32,000 nucleotides of DNA from Coprobacillaceae bacterium (GTDB taxonomy: Bacteria > Bacillota_I > Bacilli_A > Erysipelotrichales > Coprobacillaceae), in assembly GCA_963675915.1 (NCBI GenBank), contig OY780959.1, positions 1,170,001 through 1,202,000 on the forward strand, in the 5' to 3' direction. Each line of letters starts with the position of its first letter. The stretch's first letter is position 1. Under the pieces are notes generated by a model that had not been told where the DNA came from, ran no database searches, and saw only the letters and a program-made list of their open reading frames with translations. Shown one piece after another: positions 25,812 through 32,000 of the stretch. A program made the translations under genes and the position numbers.

Positions 25812-26510
25812 GTGAATAACCAAGGGAAGTTTTACATGAGCAATGAATTTTTATGGGGCACGCTCTTTTTGACCCCACCATTGGGCGTGATTGTTTTGTG
25901 GATTATCAATCAGGATATTGCTCGCAGCTCTAAGAAGATAATCACTCTGGTCACATTGATTTGGTATCTATTTATCATAGTTGCCCTAGTCGGTGCTATA
26001 ACCCCAAGGAGTGTCTATCACTATAATTACAGCAATGATTCAGTGATGGAAAACACTGATACTGATTTCCAGAGTGAAAGCAGTCCCGAAAGTCTGATCG
26101 CCAGTCAAATAACCGATATTCTCAATTCCGGACTGGCAAAAAAAGAGGGAAACTACCAATCAGCCTTCGCGAATAGTTATCAAGCCGTCATGGACGGATT
26201 ATATGTCTGTAAATATGAATGTATTGAACCTTTCGAGAATGAGGATCAGCTCATCAGCGACTCACTAAATAATTATATCACCCTGGCTCAAGCGGCCTAC
26301 AATATCGACGGTGTCCAAGGAATTTTAATGAACGTGGAAGTTCCTAACCAAAGTAGCGATGATTATCCTACTACTGTCCGCGCATTTGAAGTAAGGACTT
26401 CAAAACAGGTTTTCAACCAAATCGACTGGGATAATACAACTGAAGATGAACAGATTCATTATCTCACTGCTAATGCCGAACATATCTGGCACAATCTTGA
26501 GTTATTTTAA
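25812..26510 (+). CDS. Hypothetical membrane protein (two N-terminal TM helices plus an extracytoplasmic domain)
   Basis: A GGGAGGG SD lies 6 nt before GTG 25812. A candidate sigma-A promoter lies upstream (TTGTTT-N17-TACAAT with TG). I recognise no family. Confidence 0.6.
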   Translation: MNNQGKFYMSNEFLWGTLFLTPPLGVIVLWIINQDIARSSKKIITLVTLIWYLFIIVALVGAITPRSVYHYNYSNDSVMENTDTDFQSESSPESLIASQITDILNSGLAKKEGNYQSAFANSYQAVMDGLYVCKYECIEPFENEDQLISDSLNNYITLAQAAYNIDGVQGILMNVEVPNQSSDDYPTTVRAFEVRTSKQVFNQIDWDNTTEDEQIHYLTANAEHIWHNLELF

Positions 26511-26548
26511 ATAATCAAGTTTCAACTAAAAACTATATCTACAATCTC

Positions 26549-26576
26549 CAGCGAGGCCCATGCTTCGCTGTTTTTA
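26549..26576 (+). terminator. Terminator of the 232-aa gene
   Basis: CAGCGAGG pairs with CTTCGCTG and is followed by TTTTTATTT. Confidence 0.65.
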
Positions 26577-26666
26577 TTTGAATAATTGCAAACTATTATC
26601 AGGATTGACTAATAGATTCCTAATCGAGTAGGAGAAAATAAATGAATTTTATTTCCGACCTCTCAC

Positions 26667-26698
26667 ACCACCGTACGTGCCGTCCGGCATACGGCGGT
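26667..26698 (-). ncRNA. Group II intron domain V (catalytic hairpin)
   Basis: The - strand reads ACCGCCGUAUGCC-GGAC-GGCACGUACGGUGGU, a 10-bp lower stem with a 2-nt bulge and a tetraloop. From memory it is nearly identical to the Oceanobacillus iheyensis IIC intron DV. Confidence 0.75.
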
Positions 26699-26704
26699 TT
26701 AAAT

Positions 26705-27988
26705 CTATACTAAAATATGTTTTAACTGATATTGGTCTAGCAGTGATGCTAGACCATTTCTTTTGAGTACTTTGTTTGTTATTTTGGTTCGCAGAAACGT
26801 GCTTGCACAGCGGGCATATGATTTCCTGGAATTTGACCATGATTCATATTGCCATCTTTGGGCCCATAGTTTTCTCAACTGTTTTCTACGGTTCTTGATG
26901 GTTTTCCATTTCTTCCACAGGTACATTCGGATTCTAAATCTAATCCAGCCATCCAGTCTTGCACATTTGGATTTGAAATTTCCGATTCGGTAGTAATTGA
27001 TCCACCCGAAAATAAGTTGCCTTATTTTCATTCGGCGAAATTCCCATGATACTGACCAACTTCTATTAGTCAGTTCTCTGAGCTTATCTTTCAAGATAGC
27101 TATTGATTTAGCATGTGGTTTGGCTTTCCATGACTGGCTGAAGTTGTCATAATAGAATCCAAATCCCAAGTATTTGATATCATTTGGTTTGGATACTTTG
27201 CTTTTGGTCATGTTGACTTTGAGCCCCAACTTCTTTTCAATGAATTTTCGCACATTCTCCATAACTCTATCTGCCGCTTTACTGCTACCGACAAATATCA
27301 TGCAGTCATCGGCGTATCTAGTAAAATGCAACCCTCTAACCTCCAATTCTTTGTCGAGTTCGTTAAGGACGATATTACTCAGCAACGGGCTTAACGGCCC
27401 TCCTTGGCTTGATCCGATTATTGACTCTTTGTATTCTCCATCAATGCTTATTCCACTTACCAGGAATTTTCTTATCAGTGATACAATTTCACCATTCTTG
27501 ACATCTTTCATGATTAAGGTAATCAATTTATCGTGGTTGATGTTATCAAAGAATTTCTCCAAGTCAATGTCAACAATCCATTGGAAACCATCATTCATGT
27601 ATTCCAATGATTTGATGATTGCCATCTCACAATTTCTATTAGGTCTAAAACCGTAGCTGTTATCGCTGAACAAGGGTTCATAGATAGGAATCAATACCTG
27701 GGCGATGGCTTGTTGAACGAACCTGTCGAGCACTGTTGGCACTCCTAGGTTTCTAACTCCACCATCTAGTTTAGGTATTTCCACTCTTAGCACAGGCTGT
27801 GGTTTGTATTTCCTGTTTTGTATCATTTCCTTTATTTCATCAAGATGTTCATCCAGATATCCTTTGAGGTCCAATACTTTCATTCCATCAACGCCACTAG
27901 CGCCTTTGTTTCGTTTTACTTGGGTATATGCCTTTTTGAGATTGATATCACTAAGCATTTCTTCAAGTAATGTGTTATCAGTATTCAT
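26705..27988 (-). CDS. Group II intron reverse transcriptase/maturase
   Basis: A GGAGGT SD precedes ATG 27988 (MNTDNTLLEEMLS...). RT blocks include RNKGASGVDGM, PKLDGGVRNLGVPTVLDRFVQQA, GSSQGGPLSPLLSNIVLNELD and FTRYADDCMIF (the YADD catalytic motif). The C-terminal maturase X domain reads WINYYRIGN. No endonuclease domain is present, as in IIC introns. Confidence 0.92.
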   Translation of the reverse strand: MNTDNTLLEEMLSDINLKKAYTQVKRNKGASGVDGMKVLDLKGYLDEHLDEIKEMIQNRKYKPQPVLRVEIPKLDGGVRNLGVPTVLDRFVQQAIAQVLIPIYEPLFSDNSYGFRPNRNCEMAIIKSLEYMNDGFQWIVDIDLEKFFDNINHDKLITLIMKDVKNGEIVSLIRKFLVSGISIDGEYKESIIGSSQGGPLSPLLSNIVLNELDKELEVRGLHFTRYADDCMIFVGSSKAADRVMENVRKFIEKKLGLKVNMTKSKVSKPNDIKYLGFGFYYDNFSQSWKAKPHAKSIAILKDKLRELTNRSWSVSWEFRRMKIRQLIFGWINYYRIGNFKSKCARLDGWIRFRIRMYLWKKWKTIKNRRKQLRKLWAQRWQYESWSNSRKSYARCASTFLRTKITNKVLKRNGLASLLDQYQLKHILV

Positions 27989-28518
27989 ATTTCCGTTACC
28001 TCCATTGATTTCGCTATTCATCAGGCTCACTTCCCCTACATTCTTCTTTCGGGCCTTGATAGTGTGTTCGTCTGTCTTTGAGGTTTCGCGCGATGAAATC
28101 AAGCCTAATTTTAATAACTGATAGATTCATTCAGTCCTTCACTCCATGGCCATTACAGCCACTTCTTCGCTACTACGACGTCTGCTGACTTCTTGCGATT
28201 CGTTGTTACTAGGATTGCTCCCTCGCAAGATCTCCCGGGATAAGGTCATATCTCTTTCACCCCATATATCCGCCACATTTACATGTAATAGTTGTATTCC
28301 GCAACCTCTTATGACTTCGCGTTGTTTGGCACGCTCGTCCCCATTACCTGCCTGATATGTGATTCGTGTACCTCGGACCAGGGTTTTGCCTCCACCTTCT
28401 TTCAGATTCCACCTCACGATGGGCACCCTTGATATTGGCTAGTGGTTGGCAGTTGCGACGTCACCCCCACAGTGGACTTTCACCACCTAGATATATGCCA
28501 TGCCCGGCATACCAAGAA

Positions 28519-28540
28519 AAGACATGTTTAAACATGTCTT
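28519..28540 (-). terminator. Terminator hairpin of the hxlR-like gene, which is also the intron homing motif
   Basis: A perfect palindrome, AAGACATGT-TTAA-ACATGTCTT, is followed on the - strand by TTCTTG and then the intron 5' end. Confidence 0.7.
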
Positions 28541-28552
28541 AGTTTTAACTTA

Positions 28553-28927
28553 TTAAGCCTCAGCATTATCCAAAGCGAGATACTCACTCCCAAAACTATG
28601 CATCATTTCCAGAATCGGAATGATACCTTTCCCCAGTTTGGTTAATGAATATTCCACTTTTGGAGGAACTACCGGAAAGACTTCTCTATTGATCAACCCG
28701 TCTTCTTCAAGACTGCGTAGTTGCTGCGTCAGCATCTTTTGGGTCACATCGGGCAATTTTCGTTTTATTTCACTGAATCTAAGCGCCTCTTGGCTCAGAT
28801 GCCAGAGAATCAGGATCTTCCTTTTTCCTGAAAGGATATTTTGGACCAGCACCATCGGGCAAACCTCGTAAGTCTGACATTTGTCGCGGCGATGACAAAG
28901 TTCATGGATATCACTAGCTGTCTTCAT
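28553..28927 (-). CDS. HxlR-family (MarR-like winged-helix) transcriptional regulator
   Basis: AGGAGTG SD. The sequence CPMVLVQNILSGKRKILILWHLSQEALRFSEIKRKLPDVTQKMLTQQLRSLEEDGLINREVFPVVPPKVEYSLTKLG is a typical HxlR domain. Confidence 0.88.
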   Translation of the reverse strand: MKTASDIHELCHRRDKCQTYEVCPMVLVQNILSGKRKILILWHLSQEALRFSEIKRKLPDVTQKMLTQQLRSLEEDGLINREVFPVVPPKVEYSLTKLGKGIIPILEMMHSFGSEYLALDNAEA

Positions 28928-29249
28928 TTGATCACTCCTATTCTTTAACGGTATCTTTTTAGGTACTATACCACTAATTAGTGCCTACTTGTCAAATGGA
29001 TACCTTATGGTAGAATTATAACAGTCAATATGAAAAATGCAAGAGTCTTATCCGGAAATTTGTGCACCAAATCACAAGAAGACCAGTTCGATCTCTTTTC
29101 AAGCTCATCCCCCAACAGTTAATACCCCATTCAAGTTCTCACTAAAATCATCTTATCTTTATAGTAACAGCAGTTGGAGGGAAGGCCTGTTGAGCATTTG
29201 ATTATTGAGTAAAATCAAAAAAATAGAAAAATAAGAAAAGGAAAACAAA

Positions 29250-29849
29250 ATGAGCAAAGTACTATACATCAAAGCAAACTCAAAACCTGAAGGTGCATCT
29301 AGAACTTTCAAAATTTCTGATGCCTTCATCGAAACTTACAAAGAAAACAATCCAGAAGATGAAATCATCACTTTGGATCTTTACAAAGAAGGAATCGACT
29401 TCCTTGATTTGACAACTACAGCTCCTGCAGCTACTCCTGAAGAAGGAAAAGTTCATCCAGTATGGAAATATGCATACCAATTCCTGGAAGCAGACAAATA
29501 TGTGTTCGCTGAACCATTATGGAACTTAAGCATCCCGGCAATCATGAAAGCATATATCGATTACGTTTGTGTTGCGGGAATCACTTTCCAATATACAGCT
29601 ACTGGTGCAGTTGGTCTGTGCCACCAGAAAAAAGCGATCAATATTACTTCAAGAGGTGGAGAATACTCTACCGGGCATCTTGCCAACTTCGAAATGGGTG
29701 ATCGTTACCTTAAAACAATCGTTACTTTCATGGGTGTAACTGACTATCAAACTATTGCAGCCGAAGTATTGGATGTAATCGGAAACGATGTTGACGCCTT
29801 GGTTGGAGCAAAAATCGAAGAAGCTCAAGCAATCGCAAAAGAATTCTAA
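29250..29849 (+). CDS. azoR: FMN-dependent NADH-azoreductase
   Basis: MSKVLYIKANSKPEGASRTF...DEIITLDLY...PLWNLSIPAIMKAYIDYVCVAGITFQYT is close to Bacillus AzoR/YocJ. The gene is divergent from an HxlR regulator, a common pairing. Confidence 0.9.
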   Translation: MSKVLYIKANSKPEGASRTFKISDAFIETYKENNPEDEIITLDLYKEGIDFLDLTTTAPAATPEEGKVHPVWKYAYQFLEADKYVFAEPLWNLSIPAIMKAYIDYVCVAGITFQYTATGAVGLCHQKKAINITSRGGEYSTGHLANFEMGDRYLKTIVTFMGVTDYQTIAAEVLDVIGNDVDALVGAKIEEAQAIAKEF

Positions 29850-29867
29850 TCACTGTTTAAAACAGTT

Positions 29868-29914
29868 AAAAACCCGGATCAAGATGTTCAATCATCATCG
29901 ATCCGGGTTTTGTT
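29868..29914. terminator. Bidirectional terminator between azoR and the GGDEF gene
   Basis: AAACCCGGATC (29870..29880) pairs with GATCCGGGTTT (29900..29910), flanked by A and T runs. Confidence 0.75.
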
Positions 29915-29941
29915 TGCTTTATTAAAGAAAGAATCGCGCCA

Positions 29942-30967
29942 TTACAAAACTGCCTCGACCTTTTCTCTTTTTTTCTCCTGGTACATGCTCATGTCGGCCT
30001 GTCGTACGATATCTTTTATTTTCCGATTTTCACAACTTTCGAGTCCGACCGAAATTGTCACTTCGACCCCGATCACCTCAACACAACGTTTCTCAAAAGA
30101 ATCACAGATTCGTTGTTTAAGCTTATGAGCATCATCCGAGTCAATTTCATTGACGATCAAAACAAACTCATCCCCGCCATAACGGCCAAACAGATCCCTG
30201 CTCCGGATTTCATGGGATACCACATCCGCAAAAATCCGCAACACATCATCACCACACTCATGGCCATGAACATCATTGATTGCTTTGAAATTATCAACAT
30301 CGAAAAACATCAGATAAGCTCCGTCACATTTATGCTTGTTGATATGCATGTCATTTAAAACCGAGTCAATGTAACGCCGATTGTAAGTGTCGGTCAGATA
30401 ATCCCGGGTTGTGCTTTTATAAAGACGATCCGAAAGACGGTTGTTGCGGGAAACAATATTATAGAAAATATATGAATTTCCAATTCCCACAATGGCCAGG
30501 TGAATCAAGTACATAAGATCAAAAGCGCCCCTGGTGCTATAATCAGGCAATTCCATGAAAGTAAAATGCTCGATCAGACCAAAACCGATCACCTCCGCCA
30601 ATAAGGCCACAATTACCGCCATCCCGGCCTTGTTGCCGTTGATATAGATGATAATGGTCGAAAACAGAAAAAAATACATTATCGCCATTTCCATTTGACC
30701 CGAACTCCCCAAAATCGTAGTCGGAAAGAATATCAGCGGGATGAATGAAAACAACATCATTCGCAACCTGGGATGCCTGGTGATATATTCATAAAAACAG
30801 ACCACACTGGTCAAGATCATCACCAAAATGGCATCCGAAAAGATGAGAATCGAAGAATTATGGTAGACGAAAATATCAAGATAAAACTCGATCACTGAAA
30901 TAAAGAGGGCAATTTTGATTACAACTATTATGGTTCGATTTTTTTCAAGTAAATGATACGGCGTCAT
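29942..30967 (-). CDS. Membrane-bound diguanylate cyclase (multi-TM sensor domain plus GGDEF domain)
   Basis: GGAGGG SD. About six N-terminal TM helices are visible. The GGDEF domain carries YLTDTYNRRY, FDVDNFKAINDVHGHECGD and RYGGDEFVLIV. Confidence 0.88.
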   Translation of the reverse strand: MTPYHLLEKNRTIIVVIKIALFISVIEFYLDIFVYHNSSILIFSDAILVMILTSVVCFYEYITRHPRLRMMLFSFIPLIFFPTTILGSSGQMEMAIMYFFLFSTIIIYINGNKAGMAVIVALLAEVIGFGLIEHFTFMELPDYSTRGAFDLMYLIHLAIVGIGNSYIFYNIVSRNNRLSDRLYKSTTRDYLTDTYNRRYIDSVLNDMHINKHKCDGAYLMFFDVDNFKAINDVHGHECGDDVLRIFADVVSHEIRSRDLFGRYGGDEFVLIVNEIDSDDAHKLKQRICDSFEKRCVEVIGVEVTISVGLESCENRKIKDIVRQADMSMYQEKKREKVEAVL

Positions 30968-31563
30968 AATTCCCTCCTAGTTACATTAGTCTATTATTTA
31001 TAATAATATCACACTAGTGTAAAAAACGCTACTAAAAACTCAAAATTATATAAAATTATGTCATATTATTTGAGGACTAATCATAAATTAGCATGATTTG
31101 ACAATAATATTACAACTTTATCCAATACTGGCAACTGATGCTCCTTTTTTATTCAACAAAAGATAAATTATGTGCCCAAATTTATCTCGTTTTTCCTTAT
31201 TTTACTCCGCCAGGTCACCATCCGCCGGTTTTTTCTCGGCCGCCCAGTAATATAATAGACACATGTGTCGTATTTTCCGGATTGAATAATCCTGCCCGCG
31301 ATGTTTTATTATGTCCTCTTGATTGCTTAGAAGTTTTTTCCAGTCAACTCATTATTCCCATAGCTTAGAACTGGATTTTGTTGACCTCAACAGAAGTACT
31401 TCCGACTTGATACGCTACTCAAAGGGAGTCAATAATGAAACTTTTTTTCATCATCGCGGCCAATAAACGAGAAGTTATGAAAATTAATAATGAACTCAAC
31501 CGGTGCCATTGTAGCGTTGAGTGGCTCATGCTATATTGATAATAGCTACAAGGAGGAAGAATA

Positions 31564-32000
31564 ATGAAATTTCCACAAGATTTTTTATGGGGTGGTGCAG
31601 TAACCGCCCATCAAACCGAAGGAGCCTACACAGAAGGCGGAAAATCCCCGGCCGTCTGTGATTTGTTCCCCAAACCGGAACATTCTGATTTCAAGGACGG
31701 GATTGACAGTTATCACCGTTATGATGAAGATTTCGCCTTATTTGAAGAGATGGGGTTCACCAGCTATCGCTTCTCAATCGACTGGTCTCGAGTAATGCCT
31801 GATGGGAAAAATTTCTCAGATGAAGGAATTGCCTTTTATCATCGTTTCATCGATTCCATGATTGCCCATGGGATGGAACCGATGTGTTCTTTATATCATT
31901 TCGAAATGCCTCAATGTCTGATGAATGAATTCAACGGATTTTATTCCCGTGAAGTGGTCAACCGCTTTGTCAAATATGCCAACCGGATGATTGATGAATA
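31564..32000 (+). CDS. Glycoside hydrolase family 1 (6-phospho-beta-glucosidase-like), 5' part only
   Basis: An AAGGAGG SD precedes ATG 31564. The sequence FPQDFLWGGAVTAHQTEGAY...YHRYDEDFALFEEMGFTSYRFSIDWSRVMP is a canonical GH1 N-terminus. The ORF runs off the window. Confidence 0.9.
   Translation, partial: MKFPQDFLWGGAVTAHQTEGAYTEGGKSPAVCDLFPKPEHSDFKDGIDSYHRYDEDFALFEEMGFTSYRFSIDWSRVMPDGKNFSDEGIAFYHRFIDSMIAHGMEPMCSLYHFEMPQCLMNEFNGFYSREVVNRFVKYANRMIDE

Larger units (their letters stand above)
26650..28512 (-). mobile_element. Group II intron, class C (IIC) type, with an internal RT/maturase ORF
   Basis: The 5' end GUAUGCCGGGCAUGG starts at 28512. Domain I blocks GGUGAAAGUCC and GGAAUCUGAAAGAAGG are visible. 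Domain V lies at 26667..26698 with a CGC triad. The RT ORF occupies domain IV. The element sits 6 nt after a terminator hairpin. The 3' boundary is approximate, around 26630..26660. Confidence 0.85.

Noticed and set aside
23380-26600. A direct repeat of the tRNA-Leu 3' end marking an island boundary (attL/attR)
   Set aside because: Only a 7-nt match (TTACCCG near 25221) was seen, which is within chance expectation, and no integrase is present in this segment.
26649-26840. The 63-aa ORF at 26649..26840 (-)
   Set aside because: It overlaps the RT C-terminus out of frame and reads straight through the domain V hairpin, making it an artefact.
26705-27988. The reverse transcriptase as part of a retron, DGR or Abi/defence-associated RT system
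   Set aside because: The ORF sits inside a complete group II intron RNA with a GUAUG 5' end, domain I motifs and domain V 7 nt after the stop. It has a maturase X domain. No msr/msd-like repeats, template/variable repeat pair or effector gene is present.
27174-28121. The + strand ORFs antisense to the RT gene (27174..27656, 27804..28121, 26763..26993)
   Set aside because: They are antisense shadows of a well-supported gene, with serine/leucine-rich low-complexity translations and no SD.
28139-28426. ORF-track entries 28139..28426 (-) and 28146..28355 (+)
   Set aside because: They lie within intron domains I-III, which are structured RNA with motifs such as GGAAUCUGAAAGAAGG. They have no SD and their composition is dictated by RNA structure, so they are judged spurious.
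31138-31368. The 76-aa + strand ORF in the GGDEF/GH1 intergenic region
   Set aside because: It has no SD and a low-complexity Pro/Ser/Leu-rich translation. The region more likely holds promoters or a degraded remnant.
31380-31563. A BglG/LicT-type RAT antiterminator, a cre site or a 34-codon leader ORF (31436..31540) upstream of the GH1 gene
   Set aside because: GGATTTTGTTGACCTCAACAG resembles the RAT consensus only loosely. No terminator with a U-run overlaps it. TGATACGCTACTCA does not fit the cre consensus. The short ORF has only a weak SD and no supporting evidence.

Overview
The window looks like a low-GC Bacillota (Firmicute) chromosome read with the standard code 11; TAA, TAG and TGA all end well-supported genes. 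No rRNA genes or CRISPR arrays were seen.

Gene content, left to right:
- 1-2.6 kb: right-hand end of an integrated phage- or PICI-like element. It carries a partial xis-like gene, a cro-like gene, an operator-rich switch region, an XRE-type repressor and a tyrosine integrase.
- 2.7-3.8 kb: a visibly AT-rich stretch of small orphan genes.
- 3.8-9.7 kb: two paralogous cassettes, each with a secreted alpha/beta-hydrolase esterase, an AraC regulator and a divergent non-coding unit. In the second cassette both genes are inactivated.
- 9.8-22.7 kb: a core-like block. It holds an M20 peptidase, a membrane-anchored DJ-1/PfpI protein, a DUF2156-GNAT fusion, a run of very small secreted or membrane proteins, DUF4230 and bPH proteins, phnA, a lipoprotein nuclease with an Excalibur domain, and purE-purK.
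- 23.3-26.6 kb: tRNA-Leu(CAG), followed by another AT-rich segment with an ECF sigma/anti-sigma pair and an orphan membrane protein.
- 26.6-28.5 kb: a group IIC intron inserted just after the terminator hairpin of an HxlR regulator gene.
- 28.5-32 kb: a divergent hxlR/azoR pair, a GGDEF diguanylate cyclase and the start of a GH1 6-phospho-beta-glucosidase.

I cannot name a clear multi-gene novel system such as a defence system. The best-supported candidate for something undescribed is a conserved, structured ~110-nt promoter-to-terminator unit. It occurs twice (6350-6459 and 9527-9640), each time divergent from an AraC paralog, and its stems show compensatory changes. Secondary leads are the small-protein locus at 15.4-18.5 kb, the purK leader terminator/antiterminator, and the DUF2156-GNAT/DJ-1 neighbourhood.

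All protein family calls come from motif recognition by eye and need database confirmation.
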